In this document: positions 18,740 through 27,255 of the stretch, piece after piece
Position numbering within the stretch: position 1 is the first letter of the stretch
Layout: every line of letters begins with the position of its first letter
NCBI GenBank assembly: GCA_965242695.1
Contig: CBDESU010000001.1
Coordinates: 512,001-576,000, forward strand
DNA length: 64,000 bases
Source of the DNA: Cenarchaeum sp.
GTDB taxonomy: Archaea > Thermoproteota > Nitrososphaeria > Nitrososphaerales > Nitrosopumilaceae
Reading direction: 5' to 3'
Translations under genes and position numbers: made by a program
Notes under the pieces: generated by a model
The model's input: the letters and a program-made list of their open reading frames with translations, nothing else
What the model was told of the DNA's origin: nothing
Databases searched by the model: none

Positions 18740-18889
18740 GCCGCGCCGCACCTGCGCTCACATATAACCATTCGCCGATTTCCTTGATTCGCCGACGGCT
18801 GTCCCTCGCCGACCAGGTTGCCTAGGCGCGAGCAGACGCATCCCGATTTTGAGGGTGCTGGCGGAACACGACGGTTGCCATGCATGGTA

Positions 18890-19020
18890 GGGCGCGGCGC
18901 ACTCGCAGGCCGGGCCGGCTGAGCCGCCGCCGGGGCGCATCCGGCCGCCGCCGGCGCGCTCCCTGCCGCAGCATCGACGCCCGCGGCGCGCCGGCATGGC
19001 CGCGCGCCTGCCGAGGCGTC
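18890..19020 (+). pseudogene. Degenerate TPR-array fragment
   Basis: 18974-19000 is a 27-nt exact match to 17812-17838, with partial matches on both sides. Confidence 0.55.
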
Positions 19021-19132
19021 GGCAGTGCGCGGCGGGGGCGAAGGTGCCGGCGGGGCAGGCCGCGCCCCGCGAGGGCATGCCGCCCTCGCCGCGGGCCGCC
19101 GGACGGTCGGGGCCCTCCGGATCGGCGCGTCC

Positions 19133-19963
19133 CTAGGGCGGGGCGATCTCGGGCCGAAACCCGCCGATCAGCCCGCGCTCGGATGCCATCTCGAACAGGG
19201 CGCGGATGGCCCGCTCGCCGCGCTCGCCCATGTCGACGGTCGCATCGTTGACGTACATGCCGACGAACCTGTCGATCAGGGAGCGCTCCCTGCCGCGGGC
19301 GTACCGCATGGCGTACTCGACGGCCTCTTCCCTGTGATCCAGGCCGTACCGTATCGAGTCCCTCAGGTGCGCGTCGAACTCGCGCACCGCGTCGGCGCCG
19401 AGCGACGACCTCATGGCGTTGACCCCGAGGGGCACCGGCAGGCCGCCCGTGGCCTCGTCCCACCACCTGCCGACGTCGGCGATCTTTGCGTTGCCCTCCT
19501 CGGCGTACGACAGCTGCGCCTCGTGTATTACGAGGCCGGCGCCGGCGCGGCCGTCCCGCACGGCAGCCGGTATGTCGCTGAACCTCATGGCCTCGTGCCT
19601 GAAGGGGCCCGCCATGAGCCGCAGCAGCAGGAACGCCGACGTGAGCTCGCCCGGGACCGCCACCGTGCCGCGCAGGGCCTCCTCGATGCCCATCGGCCGC
19701 GCCGCGGTCAGGATGGGCCCGTACCCGAGCCCAAAGCTGCCGCCGCTGCGCAGTATCGTGTACCCCTCCATGCGCGAGCATGCGTGGACGGACGCGGCCG
19801 TCACGTCCGGCGCCGTCCCGGCGGCCGCCCGCCCGTTCAGCTCCTCGATGTCGGCGACCTCGTGCTCTACGGCGAACCCGCGGGTCGGTATCTTTTCCTC
19901 TAGCATTCCGTAGAACATGAACGCGTCGTCGGCGTCGGGTGTGTGCCCGACGGTGATCTTCAT
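19133..19963 (-). CDS. mqnD: MqnD-family (futalosine menaquinone pathway) protein
   Basis: MKITVGHTPDADDAFMFYG, DIEELN, GGSFGLGYGP, VPGELTSA, LVIHE, LPVPLG, FVGMYVN. Confidence 0.88.
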   Translation of the reverse strand: MKITVGHTPDADDAFMFYGMLEEKIPTRGFAVEHEVADIEELNGRAAAGTAPDVTAASVHACSRMEGYTILRSGGSFGLGYGPILTAARPMGIEEALRGTVAVPGELTSAFLLLRLMAGPFRHEAMRFSDIPAAVRDGRAGAGLVIHEAQLSYAEEGNAKIADVGRWWDEATGGLPVPLGVNAMRSSLGADAVREFDAHLRDSIRYGLDHREEAVEYAMRYARGRERSLIDRFVGMYVNDATVDMGERGERAIRALFEMASERGLIGGFRPEIAPP

Positions 19964-20469
19964 ACGGGCCGCGCGCCGCCCAGTTGCTATAAATAGCAAG
20001 CAGGGGAGTGCGATCGCGGAGCATGCGATCCCGCCCGGCAGGGGCCGCGGATGGCGGAACAGGCCGCGGCCCCAGGCCCCTGCGCGCAGCGGCCGCGCGG
20101 CGGGATGCTTTCATGCGCGGCGTGCGGACCGTGCCAGGGCCGGCGAGCCGGCAGTGCCCGAAGATGGCGCCTGCCGTCCTGGCGCAGCGGCCGCCCCGCC
20201 GTCCTGGGCCGCCTGCATTCGCACCCCGCACTGCCGGCGCGCGCATGCCCCCTGCGCCGCGAAGGCCCGCGGCCGCCGCAAGGTGCGCATCCCCGAGTCC
20301 GGCCCGCGCGCCGTCCGGCCGCCTGTCCTTTTTTGCCCGTGGAAGCGCGGCCGCCGCCGGGCCGCCGCCGGGCCGCTCGGCCGCCCGTGCATCGATCCCT
20401 TCGCATCCGCCCCTTGCGCGCAGGCCCTCCCAAACTCCGGTTATATTGGGCCGCCGGGCCCAAACGCCC

Positions 20470-21405
20470 GTGCCCACCAGCCTCGACATTATGGAGTCCG
20501 ATATCGCGCGCCAGCCTCGCGCCGTCTCCGCATTCGAGCCGCCGCAGCCGCTCGGCGCCGAAATGCAGCGCCGCGCCGTGTTCTGCGGCAGCGGCGACTC
20601 GCTGGCCGCCTGCATGCTGGCCGAGGCGTTCTCGCGGCACGGGGCGAGGGCGGCCGACCCTCTCGACCTGCTAAAGTTTCCCCGCACGGCTTCCGGCTGC
20701 GACCTGTACGTCGTGTCCGTGTCGGGGCGCACCGTCTCGAACGTCCGGGCCGCAAGGGAGGCGGCCGCAAGGGACGGGTGCACCGCGACGGCCATCACGT
20801 CGAGCGCGGGCAGCATGCTCGCCGGCGCCTGCGGGCGGACGATCGGGCTACAGATGGGCAACACGGATGCCGCGACGGCGGGGACGATCAGCTTTGTCGA
20901 TGCGGCCCTCACGTGCATATCACTCGTCGGGGGGCACGAGGAGTGCGACGCGCCGGCGCTCTTCTCCGAGGCCGAGAAGGCCGCGGCGCGGTTTCCGGCG
21001 CTCGGGGGCCGCGGCGCCGTCACGTTCCTGGGCAACCGCATGACATACCCCCTTGCCATGTACGCGGCCGCAAAGATGGCCGAGGTCCTCGGCGCCGATG
21101 CGCGGTACGAGAGGATCGAGCAGTTCTCGCACATGGGGCTGTTCTCGTCAAGGCCCGGCGACACTGCCGTCATACTCGAGGACGGCGGGCATGCCGACCT
21201 CTTGGCGTCGAGCCTAGAGGCTGCCGGCCTGCGCGCCGTGCAGGCCGGCGGCGGGGCGCGGGGCGGCCCCCTGGCCCGCACCCTGTTCCTGGCGTTCCTT
21301 GCACAGATGGTCCCGCTGCGCATGGCCAGGGAGGGGGGCCGGACAGAGTGCCACTTTCTTGCCGACGGCGCGCAGCTCGGCGCGAGCAACCGGATGATCT
21401 ACTAG
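20470..21405 (+). CDS. SIS-domain sugar isomerase
   Basis: DIARQP, FCGSGDS, VSVSGRT, YAAAKMAE, EQFSHM; TTATAT box at 20441. Confidence 0.85.
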   Translation: MPTSLDIMESDIARQPRAVSAFEPPQPLGAEMQRRAVFCGSGDSLAACMLAEAFSRHGARAADPLDLLKFPRTASGCDLYVVSVSGRTVSNVRAAREAAARDGCTATAITSSAGSMLAGACGRTIGLQMGNTDAATAGTISFVDAALTCISLVGGHEECDAPALFSEAEKAAARFPALGGRGAVTFLGNRMTYPLAMYAAAKMAEVLGADARYERIEQFSHMGLFSSRPGDTAVILEDGGHADLLASSLEAAGLRAVQAGGGARGGPLARTLFLAFLAQMVPLRMAREGGRTECHFLADGAQLGASNRMIY

Positions 21406-21628
21406 GCGGGGGAGGCCGCGGGGACCGGCGGGCGCGGCCGGCATCCGGGCGGCGCCCTAGGCCCAGCCTGCGCGCCCGGCGGCCGCGGCGCCTACCCGCC
21501 CGCCGCCGGCGCGTCGCGCGCGCCTGCGGCGCCCTCCAACGCAGGCCGGCCGCCGGGAGGGGCCCGCATGCCGCATGCGCCGGATCCGCCCTCTATACGT
21601 TTAATATCCGAGATCCGGGCCGCCGGCC

Positions 21629-23821
21629 GTGGCAAAGTTCAAGTCGACCGACCAGGTCATGAAGATCATAAAGGACAAGGAGCACATCCGCAACTTTGGG
21701 GTCATTGCGCACGTGGACCACGGCAAGACCACGATGAGCGACAGCCTCCTTGCGCACTCGGGGATCATCGCCCCGTCGGCCGCCGGCTCTGCGCTCGCCA
21801 TGGACTTTGACAAGGAGGAGCAGGAGAGGGGGATCACCATCTACCAGGCCAACGTCACGCTCTACTACACGCAAAAGGACAGCGAGTACGTCATCAACAT
21901 GATCGACACGCCCGGCCACGTCGACTTCAGCGGCAGGGTCATTCGCAGCCTTCGGGCCATCGACGGGGCCGTCGTCGTCTGCGACGCCGTAGAGGGGATC
22001 ATGACGCAGACCGAGACCGTGACCCGGATGGCCCTCGAGGAGCGCGTCCGGCCCGTCCTGTTCATCAACAAGGTCGACCGGCTCATCAAGGAGCTGCGCC
22101 TCACGCCCGAAAAGATGCAGCAGACGCTCGCGTCCGTGGTCGCCAACTTCAACCAGCTCCTCGACACGTACGCCGAGCCCGAGTACAGGGAAAAGTGGAA
22201 GGTGTCCATACAGGAGGCGAGCGTCACGTTCGGCTCGGCAAAGGACAGGTGGGCCATAAACGTCGACATGATGAAGGAAAAGGGGATCACGTTCAAGGAC
22301 GTCATCGACGCGTACGGAAGCGGCGGCGTCGACGCCCTCGTCGAGAGGGCGCCGCTCGCCGACGCCGTCCTCGGCATGGTCGTAAAGCACCACCCGCCCC
22401 CGCACGAGGCGCAAAAGTACCGCATACCGAAGATATGGCACGGCGACCTCGACTCGGACATCGGAAAGGCGCTGCTGTCGTGCTCGGACGACGGGCCGGC
22501 CATCATGATGGTCGTCAACATGGTGCTCGACAAGGCCGCGGGGCCCGTCGCAATCGGGCGCCTCTTCTCGGGGACCGTATCCGACGGGCAGACGATCAAC
22601 ATAATCGACGCGCGCCGCGAGGGGCGCATCCAGTCGGTCAACTTCTTCATGGGCAACCAGCGCGAGCAGATCGGCAGCCTCGGCGCCGGCAACATCCCGG
22701 CCCTGATGGGCCTGACCGAGTCGAGGGCCGGCAACACGCTCTCGTCCGTAAAGGGGATAAAGGTATTCGAGGGCGTCAGCTACATCTCCGAGCCCGTCGT
22801 GCAGGTCGCCGTCGAGCCGAAGCACCCAAAGGACCTCCCAAAGCTCGTCGAGGTGCTAAAGCAGCTGACGATCGAGGACCCCAACCTGGTCGTAAAGATC
22901 GACGAGGAGAGCGGCGAGACCATTGTGGCCGGAATGGGCGTGCTGCACCTGGACGTGGCCACGCACCGCATACAGGACGCAAAGGTCGACATCGTCACGT
23001 CCGAGCCGCTCATAAACTACCGCGAGACTGTGAGGGGATCGTGCAATGCGATAATGTCCAAGTCGCCCAACCGCCACAACAAGATATTCATGAGGGTCGA
23101 GCCGCTCGAGCCTGCCATCGGCGACATGCTCAGGTCCGGCCAGATCAGCGAGATGAAGGACAAGAAGGAGGTCTCCGACCTGCTCAAGGCGCAGGGCTGG
23201 GACACGGACACCGTAAAGCGCGTGATGAAGCTCGACGCGCGCGGCAACGTCCTGATCAACGGGACAAAGGGGGTGCAGTTCGTGCAGGAGTCGACGGACT
23301 CTATAAACTCGGGCTTTGACGACGTCATGAAGGAGGGGCCGCTGTGCCGCGAGCAGATGCGCGACTGCAAGTTTACGTTTACGCACTTTGTGCCGCACGA
23401 GGACACGGCGCACAGGGGCCTCTCGCAGCTCGGCCCCGCCTCGCGCAGGGCCTGCATGGGATCGCTGCTGACGGCCGGCACGTCGCTGCTCGAGCCCATA
23501 CTCGCCATCGAGGTGAGGGTGCCGACCGAGCTCGTCGGCAGCGTGGCGACCGTGCTGTCGGGCAAGCGCGGCCGCGTCATCGACATGTCGCAAAAGGGGG
23601 CGATCAGCATCGTGACGGGCGAGATACCGGCGTCCGAGACGTTTACGCTCTCCGAGGAGATGAGGGGGCAGACGGCCGGCAAGGCCATGTGGAACTCTCA
23701 CTTCAAGATGTGGGCCGAGGTGCCAAAGTCCCGGCTCGCCGCCGCCGTCGCCGACATCCGCAAGCGCAAGGGCCTCGCGCAGGACTCTCCCGCGGCCGGC
23801 GACTTTATCGACAAGGAGTAG
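21629..23821 (+). CDS. fusA: Elongation factor 2
   Basis: AHVDHGKTT, RGITI, DTPGHVDF, NKVD, diphthamide loop HEDTAHRG. Confidence 0.98.
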   Translation: MAKFKSTDQVMKIIKDKEHIRNFGVIAHVDHGKTTMSDSLLAHSGIIAPSAAGSALAMDFDKEEQERGITIYQANVTLYYTQKDSEYVINMIDTPGHVDFSGRVIRSLRAIDGAVVVCDAVEGIMTQTETVTRMALEERVRPVLFINKVDRLIKELRLTPEKMQQTLASVVANFNQLLDTYAEPEYREKWKVSIQEASVTFGSAKDRWAINVDMMKEKGITFKDVIDAYGSGGVDALVERAPLADAVLGMVVKHHPPPHEAQKYRIPKIWHGDLDSDIGKALLSCSDDGPAIMMVVNMVLDKAAGPVAIGRLFSGTVSDGQTINIIDARREGRIQSVNFFMGNQREQIGSLGAGNIPALMGLTESRAGNTLSSVKGIKVFEGVSYISEPVVQVAVEPKHPKDLPKLVEVLKQLTIEDPNLVVKIDEESGETIVAGMGVLHLDVATHRIQDAKVDIVTSEPLINYRETVRGSCNAIMSKSPNRHNKIFMRVEPLEPAIGDMLRSGQISEMKDKKEVSDLLKAQGWDTDTVKRVMKLDARGNVLINGTKGVQFVQESTDSINSGFDDVMKEGPLCREQMRDCKFTFTHFVPHEDTAHRGLSQLGPASRRACMGSLLTAGTSLLEPILAIEVRVPTELVGSVATVLSGKRGRVIDMSQKGAISIVTGEIPASETFTLSEEMRGQTAGKAMWNSHFKMWAEVPKSRLAAAVADIRKRKGLAQDSPAAGDFIDKE

Positions 23822-23865
23822 CGGCGGCCGGCATCGCGCGCCATCGCCGGCCCGCACGCGGGATG

Positions 23866-24150
23866 CTACCTGCGCCGGCGGCGCCGGCTGCGGCTCCCGA
23901 ACCCAAGCCCGAACCCGAGCCCCCTGCCGCCGAGCTTTTCCTTGTTGAACAGGACAAAGCTGGCCATGAAGACGGCGAGCATCGCGATTCCGGTGACGTA
24001 CGCCATGCTAAAGCCGTCGCCGCTGCCGCCGACGGGGGGGACGGCATCATCGCCGCCCCCTCCGCCGTACCCGCCCTCGCTGTAGTAGATGGCAAACGTG
24101 GCCACGAGCAGCGCGACGCCGAGGAACGTGAGCAGGCGGTGGAGCTCCAT
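23866..24150 (-). CDS. Small two-TM membrane protein
   Basis: MELHRLLTFLGVALLVATFAIYY...YVTGIAMLAVFMASFVLF, with a basic tail. Confidence 0.6.
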   Translation of the reverse strand: MELHRLLTFLGVALLVATFAIYYSEGGYGGGGGDDAVPPVGGSGDGFSMAYVTGIAMLAVFMASFVLFNKEKLGGRGLGFGLGFGSRSRRRRRR

Positions 24151-24326
24151 CGCGCCGCCCGCCGCGGGCGCGTTTACTAGTGTATCGGGGCCGGCGGCAG
24201 CGGCGGGATCTGCCGGCCGATGACCTGTTATATTGCAGGCTGCCGGCGCCGCCGCGCTTGGCGGGCCACGGCCGGACGGGGACGGGCGCGGCCGATCCGG
24301 CCGCATCGGATGCCGAGCGGCGGGGC

Positions 24327-24713
24327 ATGCGGGCCCTGGTCGAGGGGATCATGGACGGGGGGCCGCAGGTGCGCCTTGCCGCCGCGGTCGGGCTCGACGG
24401 CCGCATCATGTCCGGCATAGTCAGGAGCCGCGGCGTTCCCCTCGGGCTGCGGCGCGAGGCCGAAAAGCTCTGCCAGCGGGCCGCAAGGCACCGCCGGATG
24501 CGCGAAGAGTTCAACGGGACGCTCGGCGGGGTCTCTTACGTGCACGTCGAGCGCGAGTGCGCCACGCAGCTTGCCGTGTACCACCCCTCATTCACGGTGC
24601 TCCTTTTGATGGAGCCAGAGGCGCCGATCGGCGCAAAGGCCGCCGTGATCGAGGACGTCCGCAGGATGATGGCCGAGGCCGCGCCGGACATCGCCGGCGC
24701 GCAGATCCGCTAG
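24327..24713 (+). CDS. Roadblock/profilin-like protein (thaumarchaeal DUF6659-type)
   Basis: VRLAAAVGLDGRIMSG...RRMREEFNGTLGGVSYVHVERE pattern. Start uncertain. Confidence 0.65.
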   Translation: MRALVEGIMDGGPQVRLAAAVGLDGRIMSGIVRSRGVPLGLRREAEKLCQRAARHRRMREEFNGTLGGVSYVHVERECATQLAVYHPSFTVLLLMEPEAPIGAKAAVIEDVRRMMAEAAPDIAGAQIR

Positions 24714-25579
24714 CGCGCCGCGCAGAGGCCGGCGCCGGCGCCGCGCAGCCGCCGGGCGAGCAGGAACGGGGTGGCAAGAAGGACGGGTATGGTGACGGCT
24801 ATGAGCAGCGTCTGCAGCTGGACGAGGGCCGCGCCGAGCGCGATCCCGCCGGCAGTGCCGAGAAACGCCGACAGGAACGTGCCGACGCACGTGGGGCACC
24901 CGACGAACAGCCCGGCGGCCGCGCCGATCCCGCCGGCTCCGCGGCTCTTCCGCGAGAGCGAGTACGCGCTTGCCGCGACGGCCGCGTTGAGCCCGACCAG
25001 GTACGACACGGCGGCCTGGAGGACGGCGTTGAGCGGGACGATCTGCAGGCCCGTATTGTCCGTGAGGTACACCAGGATCCTCGGCATGTAGCCCGGCGCG
25101 TCGCAGCACGGCGATATCTCGGCGGACGGCACGTCGACGCCGTAGTGGTACGAAAAGCTCAGGGACGGCTGGTACACGAGCGCGCCGGACGCGAGCGAAA
25201 AGAACGCGCCGTACGAGACGAACGTGGCGGCGAATATGCGGCGCGACCTCTGGTTCCACGTGGCGGCGGCGATGGCGCGCGCAAGGCCGGCGATGCCGGC
25301 GGCGCCGGCCGGATCGGATGCTTCCGCGCCGGCCGCAAGCCTGCGGTGGAGCAGGTACAGCCCGTACGCGACGGCCGCAAGGGACGCGGCCATTGCAACG
25401 TAGAAGCCGGCCGCGATGCGGAGCAGCCCGTCGACGGCGCCCGGCGTGACGAGCTCGGGGCTCTGGTACCTGCCGTACAGCGCGAACAGCGCCGCCATGG
25501 CGGCAAAGCCGAGGGCGATGAGGATCCTGCCGTCGCCCCTGGCCGCCCCCGTGCCGCCCTGGCCGCCCCCGTCCCGCAC
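24710..25579 (-). CDS. Multi-TM membrane protein with CC and CxxC motifs
   Basis: Several TM helices, PCCDAPGYMP, GCPTC; AT box at about 25601-25608. Confidence 0.75.
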   Translation of the reverse strand: MRDGGGQGGTGAARGDGRILIALGFAAMAALFALYGRYQSPELVTPGAVDGLLRIAAGFYVAMAASLAAVAYGLYLLHRRLAAGAEASDPAGAAGIAGLARAIAAATWNQRSRRIFAATFVSYGAFFSLASGALVYQPSLSFSYHYGVDVPSAEISPCCDAPGYMPRILVYLTDNTGLQIVPLNAVLQAAVSYLVGLNAAVAASAYSLSRKSRGAGGIGAAAGLFVGCPTCVGTFLSAFLGTAGGIALGAALVQLQTLLIAVTIPVLLATPFLLARRLRGAGAGLCAAR

Positions 25580-25819
25580 GCGGGGAGCGGCCGCGCGGCG
25601 AATTAAATCTGTAAAGCCGCGACAGTGCGGGGCGAGGGACGGGCGGAAGGGGGCGCAAATGGGCGCGCCGGCGCGCAGCCCGGCACGATTGAAGGGGGGA
25701 GGGGAGGCGCGCCGGCGGCAGGCTGGCTGCACACTGGCCCGCATGTCGCACTTGTGTAGCCTGCCAAGGCCCCGTCCGGGATCGCGCGGGGAGCGACGCC
25801 TGGACTGCGGGGCACAGGA

Positions 25820-26443
25820 TCACTGGCCGTCCCACTTGGCCAGCAGGTCGATAAGGGGATCGCCCGCCAGCTGGATCTTTATGCGTCCAAACATGTCGTC
25901 GTTGCCGGCAATGTGGGCAAATGCCGCGTCTGTCGTGCAGATTGCCTTTGCGCCTGCGCCTAGGGCCAATGCAAAGTGCTCCAAGTCGTACGGCCCGACT
26001 CCGCTGTACCGGCACCTTCGGCCTGGGATGCCGGGCGCAGTGCGGCCTGCATGCTCGAGCAGTTTTGCGTACATGAGGGAGAGGCTGAATCGCCTCTTGG
26101 GCCTTATGATCTGCAGTGACCGTCGCCGTTCCATGTCGCGCACGTCGTTGAGCAAGCTTGTCACCGATCCGTGCACTCTCCTGTCTATGAACTTCCGCTC
26201 CCCGTCGCTCCCCGACCGGTACTTGTACGACTCCGTCGACCTCTTGCGGGTGACGTCAACGGCTTCCATGATGGCCAGTAGGGACGTGACTCCCTGGCAT
26301 CCGCTGCGCTCCACCGCATCAAGAATTCGAACCACGTCGCCGTGGTGCATGTCGACAGGGCCCCTGCCCACCGCCACGATTATGCCGCTGTCGTAGTATA
26401 CGCGCGGCCTATTCCTGGCCAGTGCCTTCGTCGATCCTGACAA
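25820..26443 (-). CDS. PIN-domain (VapC-like) ribonuclease
   Basis: VYYDSGII, SLLAIMEAV, PYDLEHFALA, ICTTDAAF give the PIN acidic set. Confidence 0.82.
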   Translation of the reverse strand: MSGSTKALARNRPRVYYDSGIIVAVGRGPVDMHHGDVVRILDAVERSGCQGVTSLLAIMEAVDVTRKRSTESYKYRSGSDGERKFIDRRVHGSVTSLLNDVRDMERRRSLQIIRPKRRFSLSLMYAKLLEHAGRTAPGIPGRRCRYSGVGPYDLEHFALALGAGAKAICTTDAAFAHIAGNDDMFGRIKIQLAGDPLIDLLAKWDGQ

Positions 26444-27176
26444 GCTTGTACCCCTCGGGGGGACCGCGTCCCCTGAGTTCGGCTATCATGTCGGCCGAAG
26501 AAATGTTCGGGTCGTCGTGTTCCCCGAAAAACTCGTCGATTGAACGCGGCTTTGGCGGAAACACGTCGTCGTGGCCGTCCGCTCTCAGTTCCGCGCGCGT
26601 CTCCTCCTCGTCCTTTCTTATGACTTCAATGCAGGTCATGCCCGGGTAGTGCGTGTCGAGCCCCTCGAGTACCGAGCCGGGACGGCCTGCATTGCGGAGC
26701 ACTTCCCTGTAGGCATCCGCTTCGGATTTGAGGCGCGCGACCTTGTCCCTGACCTCCTCCAGCTCTGCAACGGGCTCGGAATCTCCTCCGTTCCTGTATA
26801 CCTCTCCTGTATCGTACAGCAGCCTCATCATGTAGCCGGATGCGATGTATGTGTGGCTCAGCGCCCCGTCCGAGGTGGGCCTGTTGGAAATGTCGGCCAT
26901 GCAGCAAAATATGTCCGACAGCAGGGACGACATGCGGGCGCCTGCGTGGTAGCCCGACCTGCGTGCCTCGTCCCCCATCTGGCGCGCTACCGCACCGCAC
27001 TTTTCCATGTCCGTCAGGCCGGCAGGATCGACGAGCGATACGAACCTGCTCTTGAACTCCTCTTTGGCGGCAACAGCGGCGCTCCTACCCATCTCCCGTT
27101 CCTGTTCCTTGAGCGCTTGCAACAAGAGGGCGGCAAATACGTTATCTAATAAGGGTTTGCGCGTACGCGGCCGCAT
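26409..27176 (-). CDS. Hypothetical protein, probable antitoxin partner (start may be nearer 27125)
   Basis: Overlaps the PIN gene; VapB-like C-terminus DEFFG..SSADMIAELRG. Confidence 0.6.
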   Translation of the reverse strand: MRPRTRKPLLDNVFAALLLQALKEQEREMGRSAAVAAKEEFKSRFVSLVDPAGLTDMEKCGAVARQMGDEARRSGYHAGARMSSLLSDIFCCMADISNRPTSDGALSHTYIASGYMMRLLYDTGEVYRNGGDSEPVAELEEVRDKVARLKSEADAYREVLRNAGRPGSVLEGLDTHYPGMTCIEVIRKDEEETRAELRADGHDDVFPPKPRSIDEFFGEHDDPNISSADMIAELRGRGPPEGYKLVRIDEGTGQE

Positions 27177-27255
27177 GAACCCGCGGCTGCCGGCGCGGGC
27201 GTCCCAGCGCCGGCGCCGGCTAGCCTGCGCTGCGGGCGGGCCCGCCGCCGCGCGC

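Noticed and set aside
1-19020. Diversity-generating retroelement explanation for the TPR remnants
   Set aside because: There is no reverse transcriptase in the window, and the differences include indels and are not adenine-specific.
18822-21662. Long Arg/Ala/Pro-rich ORFs (e.g. 18822-21389, 19917-21662) and similar ones across the window
   Set aside because: They are shadow frames of real genes, produced by high GC content, and carry no domain motifs.
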